In this document: piece after piece, positions 17,400 to 25,751 of the stretch
How the letters are laid out: every line of letters begins with the position of its first letter
How positions within the stretch are numbered: the stretch's first letter is position 1
Source: Anaerolineae bacterium
Lineage (GTDB): Bacteria > Chloroflexota > Anaerolineae > S140-20
Assembly: GCA_027021705.1 (NCBI GenBank)
Contig: JALUTT010000092.1
Span: 32,001 to 96,000 of the forward strand
DNA: 64,000 bases
Reading direction: 5' to 3'
Notes under the pieces: generated by a model
The model's database searches: none
Seen by the model: the letters and a program-made list of their open reading frames with translations, nothing else
Told to the model about the DNA's origin: nothing
Position numbers and translations under genes: made by a program

Positions 17400-19289
17400 G
17401 TGGAAGAGAAGATCCGACTGCGAAGACTCCTCCCTTCCAAACAGGTTGCAGCACTGCTGGCCGACTTCGCGCCCCTCCTGGGCAAGGACGTCGCCCTGGC
17501 GGTGACCGACCAGGATGGCCGGCCGTTGGGGAGCCATCCCACCTTCCCGTCCGAGGCCATCCGGTTTCTGCGGGAGGCGGTCCACGAAGCGGCGGAGATC
17601 GTGATCACCCCTCAGGGGGCCCTCACCCCCCTCCGGGCCGAGGGCTGTGAGGTGGGGTGGGTCTTGGCGCTTGGCTCCCTCCCCTCGGCCTCGCGGACGC
17701 GGGCTCTACTAAAGGCGTTGCGCCAGGCTCTAGAGACCTTGATCGGTGTCGCTTTGGAGAAGCGGGCCCTGGCTCGAGAGACGCTGGACCGCTACCGGGA
17801 GATCAACCTGCTCTACAACCTGGGGGAGACGCTGGCCACCTGTATGGGGGTGCAGGAGCTCCTCCAGCGGGTGCTGACCCAGGCCAGCCAGATCATCCAA
17901 GCACGCCGGGGAGCCGTCCTGCTCTATGACGAGGAGGGCCGGCTGACCGTCGCGGCCAGCACCGGTTTGGAGGCAGGCGGAACGCTGGCCCAGGAGGGGC
18001 GAGCGCTGGCGGAGGAGGTGGCTCGCACGGGCAAGCCCCAGATCATCAACGACTTCACCAACGGCGAAGGGCGGGTCCCTCTCCTGGCCGTTCCGATGCG
18101 CACCTCGGAACGGCGGCTGGGAGCCATCCTCCTGGCCGACAAGGCGGATGGGGCGATCTTCACGGCGGGGGATGAGAAGCTGCTGGCCGCCTTGGCCTGG
18201 CAGGCAGCTATCTTTCTGGAAAATGCCCGCCTCTTCGAGAACGTGCGTCGGCAGCGGGACGAGATCGCCACGATGAAGCGCTACATGGATAACATCTTCG
18301 CCAGCATCGCCAGCGGCGTCATCACCACCGATACTCAGGACGTCATCACCACCTTCAACCGGGCTGCCGAAACCATCCTGCGCGTCCCCGCCCACGAAGC
18401 GGTCAACCGCCCCTACCGTCAGGTGCTCGGTTTCTTGCGCGACACCCCGCTTCCCACCCTCATCGAGGAGGTCCGTCGGCACTGCAAGAGCCGCATTGCC
18501 CAGGAGATCACCTCTCGGCTTCCTCAGGGGGAGCAGGTTCACCTGAGTCTGAACCTCTCCACCCTGCGGGGGAGCAACGGGGAGACGCTGGGCGTGGCCA
18601 TCGTATTGGACGACGTGACGGAGAAGCGGCGCTATGAGCGGGAGCGGGCCTTGGTCCGCCGCTATCTGCCGCCTGAACTGGTAGACCGGCTGCCCGATGA
18701 CCTGGCCGAGCTGGGGCTGCGGGGTGAGCGGCGGGTCATCACCGTCCTCTTCGCCGACATCCGGGGCTTCACCAGCTTCAGCGAGGTGAACCCGCCTGAG
18801 CGCGTCGTCGAAGTGATCAACAACTACCTGGCCCTGGCCGAGGGGGCGGTCCGCTACCATCGGGGCATCGTGGACAAGTACATGGGGGACGCCGTGATGG
18901 CCCTCTTTAACACCCCTCTCTTGGAAGAGCAGGAGCATGCTTGGCGGGCGGTGCAGGCAGCTTGGGGCCTGCAGGAGGCCGTGGCGGCCTACCATCAGCG
19001 CGTCCCGCCGGAGGAACGGCTCTTTATGGGCATTGGGATCTGCACCGGCGAAGCGGTCGTGGGCAATGTAGGAACGGAAGACCGGATGGAGTACACGGCC
19101 ATCGGGGACACGGTCAACGTAGCCAAGCGGCTGCAGGAGAACGCCCGTCCGGGGCAGGTGCTCCTGGGTCGGACGACGTGGGAGGCGGTGCGAGACCGGG
19201 TGCGGGTGAAAGCACTGCCTGCTGTGCGGGTCAAGGGTCGGCAGACGGTCACGCAGATCTACGAACTGGTCGGTCTCGTGGGGGAATAA
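17400..19289 (+). CDS. class III adenylate cyclase (GAF-PAS-CYC)
   Basis: VLFADIRGFTSFSE, DKYMGDAVMA (Lys indicates ATP specificity), EYTAIGDTVNVAKRLQ. Confidence 0.92.
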   Translation: MEEKIRLRRLLPSKQVAALLADFAPLLGKDVALAVTDQDGRPLGSHPTFPSEAIRFLREAVHEAAEIVITPQGALTPLRAEGCEVGWVLALGSLPSASRTRALLKALRQALETLIGVALEKRALARETLDRYREINLLYNLGETLATCMGVQELLQRVLTQASQIIQARRGAVLLYDEEGRLTVAASTGLEAGGTLAQEGRALAEEVARTGKPQIINDFTNGEGRVPLLAVPMRTSERRLGAILLADKADGAIFTAGDEKLLAALAWQAAIFLENARLFENVRRQRDEIATMKRYMDNIFASIASGVITTDTQDVITTFNRAAETILRVPAHEAVNRPYRQVLGFLRDTPLPTLIEEVRRHCKSRIAQEITSRLPQGEQVHLSLNLSTLRGSNGETLGVAIVLDDVTEKRRYERERALVRRYLPPELVDRLPDDLAELGLRGERRVITVLFADIRGFTSFSEVNPPERVVEVINNYLALAEGAVRYHRGIVDKYMGDAVMALFNTPLLEEQEHAWRAVQAAWGLQEAVAAYHQRVPPEERLFMGIGICTGEAVVGNVGTEDRMEYTAIGDTVNVAKRLQENARPGQVLLGRTTWEAVRDRVRVKALPAVRVKGRQTVTQIYELVGLVGE

Positions 19290-19353
19290 ATCTCAGAACA
19301 TCCCCGGGCAGAACCACCCAGCGCTGTACTTCCTTGCACAAACAAGCGCAAAC

Positions 19354-19377
19354 AAAAAGGGGGGCTGTCAGCCCCCC
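19354..19377 (-). terminator. intrinsic terminator after hsp20, between convergent genes
   Basis: GGGGGGCT-gac-AGCCCCCC hairpin followed by TTTTTGTTTG on the minus strand. Confidence 0.75.
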
Positions 19378-19400
19378 AAATCGGTGCCCATCAACGGGAC

Positions 19401-19859
19401 CTACTTGGCCTTCACCTTGATCTGCTTGGGCCTGACCTCTTCCACCTTGGGGAGGGTCAGCGTTAGCACACCGTTCTCGAACAGGGCCTCAGCCTTGTCT
19501 GCGTTGATGGGCACCGGCAACGACAGAGAGCGCTGGAAGGTGCCGTGGCGTCGCTCACGCAGGTGGTAGGAGCCCTTCTTGCCCTCGAACTCGTCCTTGA
19601 TCTCACCTCGGATGGTCAGCACATCGCCCGAAACCTGGATCTCCACATCGTCAGGCCGCACACCCGGCACAACCGCCTTCACGATAATCGCGTCATCGGT
19701 CTCGTACACGTCCATCGGCAGGTAGAGCTGGGTGCGGCCATCGCCGGTGCCGAACCACTCCCGGAAGGGCCAGACGAAGCTTTCCTCGAAGAGCCGATCC
19801 ATAGCCTCGCGCAAGGTCATGACCTCCCGCATAGGATCCCACCGCATCAGCTCAGCCAT
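19401..19859 (-). CDS. Hsp20/alpha-crystallin small heat-shock protein
   Basis: RWDPMREV, MDVYETDD, ERRHGTFQRSLSLP, FENGVLTLTLPK and the IKV tail; SD GGAGGTG. Confidence 0.93.
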   Translation of the reverse strand: MAELMRWDPMREVMTLREAMDRLFEESFVWPFREWFGTGDGRTQLYLPMDVYETDDAIIVKAVVPGVRPDDVEIQVSGDVLTIRGEIKDEFEGKKGSYHLRERRHGTFQRSLSLPVPINADKAEALFENGVLTLTLPKVEEVRPKQIKVKAK

Positions 19860-20157
19860 GCGTCTCACCTCCCTTCTCTGCAGGTTTCTTTCCGATACAA
19901 TCCGGCCTCCATGATAGCCACTTCGTGTTAGATGAACGCTAACAAAACGCTAAAAATTCGTTAGACTCGGGGGGTTGCGAGCCTGCATTCCGCATGCCAT
20001 CTCGATGGGGGCTTTCTTCACCACAGAGCCGCCGAGGGCGCAGAGGGATTTCTGGGGTCTCTCGGCGTCCTCCGTGCCTTTGCGTTAGAGAGAGCGCCGT
20101 CGAGCAGGCCAACACGATAGGGGGGAGCTGCCTATGTCGGGGAATCACCGAGGAATG

Positions 20158-20307
20158 CGCGGTGATTCCCCACAAGTGAGCGAGAGAGTGGTCCGTAGCA
20201 GGCCGTCCACGAATTTCTCACAAATGCACGAATGAGGCGGTCCTTAATTCGTGTATTCGTGCCCCATTCGTGGACGGCTAGTCTCCCTATCTCCATGGGT
20301 AATCATC
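20158..20307. repeat. ~150 bp dispersed repeat with GGTGATTACCCA-type inverted ends, copy 1
   Basis: 20158-20295 is near-identical to 62679-62816; ends are GGTGATTCCCCA and TGGGTAATCATC; internal CACGAAT/ATTCGTG palindromic units. Confidence 0.85.
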
Positions 20308-20319
20308 CAGGAATGCGGG

Positions 20320-20348
20320 TTGCGAAGCGTGGTTAGCTAGGGTATAAT
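20320..20348 (+). promoter_or_regulatory. sigma70-type promoter for the ATPase pair
   Basis: TTGCGA-N17-TATAAT. Confidence 0.7.
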
Positions 20349-20398
20349 GACGTCGGGAATCGTAGGCCAATCGTTGGCAACCAAAAGAGAGACGACAT

Positions 20399-21685
20399 AT
20401 GATCCGGCGGGTGAGAGTCCGAGGGTACAAGTCGCTCAAAGAGATTGAGGTAAAGCTTCGACCGTTGACCGTTTTCATCGGTCCAAATGCTGCCGGCAAA
20501 AGCAACCTCTTCGACGCGCTGGGGCTGCTGAGCCGATCTGTGACTTCCCGGAATCTGGCCGAAGCGTTTAAGGAGCATCGCGGTGCCCCCTTGGAGGCTT
20601 TCTACTACGGTGATCAGGGGCTGAAGGGGCTCCTTGCACGACCTACTGTAGAGTTCACCATCGAAGTGGATGTCGAACTCTCGTCTGAGGTCGTTCGGGC
20701 TGTTGAGCAGCGCATCCAGGATATGCGGGAGGGGCTGCCAGAAGACGGAAACACATCGGGGCCATCCCGGCGTCGGGTCACCGAGCCGTTGCTGCGGTAC
20801 ACGCTGACCGTGCAGATGGCTGTGGAGTCGGGGTATCTGCGGGTGATGGAGGAACAATTGGTTGCCCTAACCCGCGATGGGAGGGTCAAGGCTTCCCGAC
20901 GAGCATTCATCGAGCCCGTAAAAGGCCGTCTCCGACTCCGGTTGGAAGGACAGGCCCGGCCAACGGAATACGAAGTTGGCCTGGATTACACGCTGGTCTC
21001 GATGCCTCTCTATCCACCTCACTATCCTCATATCACGGCCTTTCGAGAAGAACTCTCCCGCTGGCGTTTCTACTACTTCGACCCAAAGACTATGCGGGCG
21101 GAGGTGCCTCTCAAAGAGGTTGAGAACCTGGGAGCTTTTGGGGCTGACCTGGCCGCTTTCTACAGCACTTTGAAGTCGCGGCACCCTCGGCAGTTCGAGG
21201 CTTTGAACCGGGCCCTCCGCTCTCTGCTGCCCGATGTCCAGCGTCTGGATGTCGAGCGTACCGATGAAGGGTTTCTGCGCCTACAGGTCTTCGAGAGAGG
21301 AGTTCCCTTCTCGGCTCGCATCATCTCCGAAGGCACTCTCCGTATCCTGGGGCTGTTGGCCATCACCAACCCCCTGTCACCGACAACGGTCATCGGATAC
21401 GAGGAACCGGAGAATGGGGTTCATCCCCGGCGTCTCCAGCTTATCGCCGATCTGCTCAAGAACGCCTCCGAGACCGGAAAACAGGTCCTGGTCAATACCC
21501 ACTCGCCTAAATTGCCTACCTACTTTGATCCCCAGGCTCTCATTGTCTGTCGCAAAGAGGGGGGTAAAACTTCTTTTCTCCCCCTTTTGGACTTGGGACC
21601 TGTGTTCCAACCAGCGCTTATTGAACAAGCCCTGGCCGAGACCCCGCTGTCGGAACGGATCTTGAGGGGGGATTTCGGTGGATGA
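20399..21685 (+). CDS. ABC-type (AAA_21/AbiEii-like) ATPase
   Basis: Walker A GPNAAGKSN; signature ISEGT; Walker B/D-loop YEEPENGVHP; H-loop NTHSP. Confidence 0.85.
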   Translation: MIRRVRVRGYKSLKEIEVKLRPLTVFIGPNAAGKSNLFDALGLLSRSVTSRNLAEAFKEHRGAPLEAFYYGDQGLKGLLARPTVEFTIEVDVELSSEVVRAVEQRIQDMREGLPEDGNTSGPSRRRVTEPLLRYTLTVQMAVESGYLRVMEEQLVALTRDGRVKASRRAFIEPVKGRLRLRLEGQARPTEYEVGLDYTLVSMPLYPPHYPHITAFREELSRWRFYYFDPKTMRAEVPLKEVENLGAFGADLAAFYSTLKSRHPRQFEALNRALRSLLPDVQRLDVERTDEGFLRLQVFERGVPFSARIISEGTLRILGLLAITNPLSPTTVIGYEEPENGVHPRRLQLIADLLKNASETGKQVLVNTHSPKLPTYFDPQALIVCRKEGGKTSFLPLLDLGPVFQPALIEQALAETPLSERILRGDFGG

Positions 21686-22307
21686 AATTCGCATCGGATA
21701 CTTCTTGGAGGATATAGGCCAGGAGCAATTTCTGCGAACTTTGGTGGAGCGGGTCGCCCAAGAAGTTGGGATCGCCTCCCAACGGCTTCGCCACGAAGTG
21801 CGAAATGCCACCGGAGGGCGAGGCAAGGTGCTGGACGAACTGCGGCGGTTCTTACGCGATGTCGGTCGTGAGCGCGAGAGTCCCTTTCCCTTGCTGATTG
21901 TCGCCATAGATGGCAACTGCAAGGGGTACCAGGAAAGGCGGAACGAAATCCACGCCATCGTCGAACGGAGTGGCTACAGAGGACGGGTAATCTGCGCCGT
22001 GCCCGATCCCCACATCGAGCGATGGTATTTGGTGGCCCCACGCACGCTTCAGCGGGTGTTGGGGGTCTCGGTCACTCCCGGCGTGCCTCCCTACAAATGC
22101 GAACGTGGCCGCTACAAACGGGCGCTCCGCGAGGCCATCCGGCAAGCAGGCATAATAGCGCCTCTGGGAGGCATCGAATACGGCCCTGACGTTGCAAGGG
22201 CTCTCGACTTGTACACTGTTGGTCGAGCCGATCCGGGATTCAAGCACTTCGTGGATGAACTGCGAGAGGGGTTGTCCCCTTTCGTGCGATCCCAGGACCC
22301 TTGGTAA
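21678..22307 (+). CDS. DUF4276/RloB-like (TOPRIM-like) partner of the ATPase
   Basis: Overlaps the ATPase stop; FLEDIGQE, IVAIDGNC and PHIERWYL motifs. Confidence 0.55.
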   Translation: MDEIRIGYFLEDIGQEQFLRTLVERVAQEVGIASQRLRHEVRNATGGRGKVLDELRRFLRDVGRERESPFPLLIVAIDGNCKGYQERRNEIHAIVERSGYRGRVICAVPDPHIERWYLVAPRTLQRVLGVSVTPGVPPYKCERGRYKRALREAIRQAGIIAPLGGIEYGPDVARALDLYTVGRADPGFKHFVDELREGLSPFVRSQDPW

Positions 22308-22401
22308 TTACCCATATATGCGGGCTACTTCGCGGTCCTCGGTGTAGAGATGCAACTGGAGTTGCATCCTGCTCAGCCGGGGAGACTTATGGGTAATCGC
22401 C
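22303..22401. repeat. GGTGATTACCCA-family inverted-repeat element
   Basis: GGTAATTACCCATA at 22303-22316 and TATGGGTAATCGCC at 22388-22401; inner GATGCAACT-GG-AGTTGCATC palindrome. Confidence 0.7.
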
Positions 22402-22451
22402 GACGTGCAACCGTTGACGGTTAGGCGAAAGGCCGTACAATACGTAGCGCT

Positions 22452-23015
22452 ATGGTCCGTGTCATCGCCGGCACAGCCAAAGGACGAAAACTGCGGGTGC
22501 CTTCCGAAGGGGTCCGCCCCATCACCGACCGGGCCAAGACCGCCCTCTTCAGCATCCTGGGGCCGGCCGTGATCGGTGCCCGCGTCCTGGACCTCTTCGC
22601 CGGGGCCGGGAGTGTGGGGATCGAGGCCCTCAGCCGAGGAGCCGCCCAGGTCGTCTTCGTGGAGCGCGACCCCACAGCGGTCCAGGCCATCCGTTGGAAC
22701 CTGCGCCACACCGGCCTGTTGGAGCGAAGCCGGGTGGTACGCAAGGATGTCTTCAAGTTCCTGGCCGGAGAGCCGGAACCCTTCGACCTCATTTACATCG
22801 CCCCTCCCCAGTACCGAGGGCTTTGGGCCGATACACTGCAGGCCCTGGATGCCCGGCCTGACTGGCTGGCCGAAGAGGGTCAGATCATCGTTCAAATCCA
22901 CCCTCGCGAATACGAGCCCTTGCCCCTACAGCGGCTCTCCCTCTTCGACCAGCGGACCTACGGGGGGGTGATGCTCTGCTTCTACGAACGGAGTGGAGTC
23001 CTCGTCGAGAGCTAG
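22452..23015 (+). CDS. rsmD: 16S rRNA m2G966 methyltransferase
   Basis: RVIAGTAKGRKL, VRPITDRAK, VLDLFAGAGSVGIEALSRGA, FDLIYIAPPQY. TTGACG-N16-TACAAT at 22414-22441 suggests a near-leaderless mRNA. Confidence 0.9.
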   Translation: MVRVIAGTAKGRKLRVPSEGVRPITDRAKTALFSILGPAVIGARVLDLFAGAGSVGIEALSRGAAQVVFVERDPTAVQAIRWNLRHTGLLERSRVVRKDVFKFLAGEPEPFDLIYIAPPQYRGLWADTLQALDARPDWLAEEGQIIVQIHPREYEPLPLQRLSLFDQRTYGGVMLCFYERSGVLVES

Positions 23016-23149
23016 GTGAGGCTTCCATCCTTCTACGGGCAAAACCGTCTCTTTGCCAACCCTTCCGCCTCTTCATACCCACCCTTGGGCGAGCCGCCAT
23101 CGTCCCCCTCATTGAACGCCCCGCTCGTGAAGATATACACACATCTCTA

Positions 23150-23223
23150 TGTCAAAAGTGACAACTGTCATATGAAATGAATGGCAACGATTACTTGACT
23201 TTTCTCGGTCTTCCGGGGATGAT
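23150..23223 (+). promoter_or_regulatory. putative operator palindromes and promoter of the CODH/ACS cluster
   Basis: Overlapping TGTCA-N4-TGACA (23150-23163) and TGACA-N2-TGTCA (23159-23170); TTGACT-N17-GATGAT (23195-23223); AT-rich context. Confidence 0.5.
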
Positions 23224-23293
23224 GTCCCCAAGGGATTGAAGAAGTTTTTGCCGTAATCTGTTCCTAAAAGGCACCAACAGGGGAGGGATGCCT

Positions 23294-23704
23294 ATGGCCA
23301 CGTTGACCCTTGAGGTCCCGTTGATGTACGGTGACCATCACGTTACCGAGGTGAGGCGGCTCCTGCTGAGCTTGCCCGGCGTAGAGGATGTCTACGCCAG
23401 CAGCTGTTTCCACATCGTCGAGGTCCAGTACGACGAAGCTCAGGTGAGTCCTGAGGAGATTGAGGCCCGGCTGGAGGAAGCCGGCTATCTGGGAGAGTTG
23501 CCGGTGCCCGTCGAGGCCGGGGCCGTCCACGGGAATGGACAGGGGGACGGTCCGAAGCCCTCGTATCGCCACACGACCGCCTATGAGCAGACCCGGCAGG
23601 TGATCAGCTTCGCCCAGCGCGTGCCCTATCGGGGACGCCCCTTGTGGCCCTGTCCCGGGATGGGGGTTCTGCGCAACGTAGAACTAGAAGAAGAAGGGAG
23701 GTGA
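23294..23704 (+). CDS. HMA-like metal-binding protein with a His-substituted motif
   Basis: HMA-like sequence (LPGVEDV, VQYDEAQVSPEEIEARLEEAGY) with MYGDHHV where MxCxxC is usual; C-terminal WPCPG. Confidence 0.7.
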   Translation: MATLTLEVPLMYGDHHVTEVRRLLLSLPGVEDVYASSCFHIVEVQYDEAQVSPEEIEARLEEAGYLGELPVPVEAGAVHGNGQGDGPKPSYRHTTAYEQTRQVISFAQRVPYRGRPLWPCPGMGVLRNVELEEEGR

Positions 23705-23707
23705 CCG

Positions 23708-25723
23708 ATGGCCCGGAAGAAGCGCAGCCTCGAAGAGTTCAGCGCCGATCCTGCCGCTCAGGAGATGCTGGTACGTGCCGAGGAGATGGGGGTCTCGACG
23801 GCCTTCCATCGGGCCGACGCCCTCGCCCCCTGCAACATCGGGGCTGCCGGCATGTGTTGCAGCAACTGCGGCATGGGGCCTTGCCGGCTGACCAAGGATG
23901 GGCTGACCGGCGTCTGCGGCGCGACCATTGACACCATCCAAGCCCGTAACCTGGTCCGGGCCATCGCCGTGGGATCGGCGGCCCATTCGGACCACGGACG
24001 TGATATGGCCTTCACCCTCAAGGCGGTCGCCAACGGGGAGGCGGAAGGCTACGTGATCCGCGACGTGCCCAAGCTCCGCACCCTGGCCGCCCGTTACGGC
24101 ATCCCCATCGAGGGGCGCTCCCCCGAAGAGATCGCCAACGACCTGGCCGACCTCTACATCGCCCAGTTCGGTCAGCAGGATGGCCAGGTGGTCCCCATTA
24201 TCCGTGCGCCGGAGAAGCGTCAGAAGCTCTGGAAGAAGCTGGGCGTCATCCCCCGAGGTATTGACCGGGAGGTCGTCGAAGCGCTGCACCGCACCCATAT
24301 CGGCGACGACCAGGATGCCGAGCACCTCCTGCACCACGCCATCCGCACCGCCCTCAGCGACGGCTGGGGAGGTAGCATGATCGCCACCGACGTCTCCGAC
24401 ATCCTCTTCGGGACGCCGGCCCCCCTCCTCGGACGGGCCAACTTGGGTGTCCTACGGGAGGATATGGTCAACGTCATTGTCCACGGCCACGAGCCGACTT
24501 TGAGCGAGATGATCGTCGCCGCCTCCCAGGATCCGGAGATCATCGAGTACGCCCGCGCTGCCGGCGCCAAAGGGGTCAACCTGGCCGGCATTTGCTGCAC
24601 CGCCAATGAGATCCTGATGCGCCAGGGCGTCCCGGCCGCCGGAAACTTCCTGCACCAGGAGTTGGTCATCCTCACCGGTGCCGTCGAGGCGATGGTGGTG
24701 GACGTCCAGTGCATCATGCAGGCCCTCGTCGGCCTGGCCCAGAACTTCCACACCCTGATCATCACCACCTCCCCCAAGGTGAAGATCAAGGACGCGGTCC
24801 ACATCGAGTTCGACGAGCACCAGGCTCTCACCATCGCCAAGGAGATCCTGCGCCGCGCCATTGACAACTTCAAGAACCGGGGCGAGGTCCACATCCCGGC
24901 CGCCCAATCGGAGCTAATCCCCGGCTTCTCCCACGAGTACATCAACTATATGCTGGGTGGGAGCTACCGCGCCTCCTTCCGCCCCCTCAACGACGCCATC
25001 ATGGCCGGGCGCATCCGGGGTGTGGCGGCCATCGTGGGGTGCAACAACCCCCGCAGCACCCAGGACTACCTGCACTCCTACGTGACCCAGGAGCTCCTCA
25101 AGCAGGATGTGCTGATCGTGGAGACGGGGTGCGGGGCCATCGCCACCGCCAAGTTGGGCCTCATGCTCGGAGAGGCCGGCCTGGATCAGGTCGGGCCGGG
25201 CCTGCGCGAAATCTGCGAGACCGTCGGCATCCCACCGGTGCTCCACATGGGCTCCTGTGTGGACAATAGCCGCATCCTCACCGTGCTCACCCAAATGGTC
25301 GAGGAGGGCGGTCTGGGTGACGACATTGACCAGATTCCGGCGGTGGGGCTGGCTCCCGAGTGGATGAGCGAGAAGGCCCTCTCCATTGGTGCCTATTGCG
25401 TCGCATCCGGCGTCTACGTCATCTTCGGCGGGAGTTCGCCGGTGAGCGGGATGCCCGATCGGGTCTCTGACAGCGACCTGGTCTCCCGCTACATCAGCGA
25501 GGGATGGGAGAAGCTCTACGGCGGCAAGCTGGAGTTCATCCCCGATCCCGAGGAGATGGTTCGCAAGACGCTGGAGCACATTGACAAGAAGCGTGCGGCC
25601 TTGGGGCTGCCGGAGTACGATCCCAGCCGCTTTGGCCGCAGCGGCGATGCCCGCATCCTGGAACTGGAGAAACTCCCGTTGCCGGAGCGTCGGGAAGCGC
25701 TTTACGGTGTACCGGTGCGCTAG
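23708..25723 (+). CDS. cooS: Ni,Fe carbon-monoxide dehydrogenase catalytic subunit (AcsA/CooS)
   Basis: CCSNCGMGPC, GVCGA, AAHSDHGR, VHGHEP, GICCTANE, VGCNN, TGCG, HMGSCVDNSR, PEWMSEKA. Confidence 0.97.
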   Translation: MARKKRSLEEFSADPAAQEMLVRAEEMGVSTAFHRADALAPCNIGAAGMCCSNCGMGPCRLTKDGLTGVCGATIDTIQARNLVRAIAVGSAAHSDHGRDMAFTLKAVANGEAEGYVIRDVPKLRTLAARYGIPIEGRSPEEIANDLADLYIAQFGQQDGQVVPIIRAPEKRQKLWKKLGVIPRGIDREVVEALHRTHIGDDQDAEHLLHHAIRTALSDGWGGSMIATDVSDILFGTPAPLLGRANLGVLREDMVNVIVHGHEPTLSEMIVAASQDPEIIEYARAAGAKGVNLAGICCTANEILMRQGVPAAGNFLHQELVILTGAVEAMVVDVQCIMQALVGLAQNFHTLIITTSPKVKIKDAVHIEFDEHQALTIAKEILRRAIDNFKNRGEVHIPAAQSELIPGFSHEYINYMLGGSYRASFRPLNDAIMAGRIRGVAAIVGCNNPRSTQDYLHSYVTQELLKQDVLIVETGCGAIATAKLGLMLGEAGLDQVGPGLREICETVGIPPVLHMGSCVDNSRILTVLTQMVEEGGLGDDIDQIPAVGLAPEWMSEKALSIGAYCVASGVYVIFGGSSPVSGMPDRVSDSDLVSRYISEGWEKLYGGKLEFIPDPEEMVRKTLEHIDKKRAALGLPEYDPSRFGRSGDARILELEKLPLPERREALYGVPVR

Positions 25724-25751
25724 AAGAGGAAGAGCAGGAGGAGGTAGCCCT

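Noticed and set aside
19860..19990. CIRCE element for hsp20
   Set aside because: No TTAGCACTC-N9-GAGTGCTAA match.
23150..23170. canonical CooA/FNR box
   Set aside because: Half-site spacing is 4 or 2 nt rather than 6, and no cooA gene is nearby.
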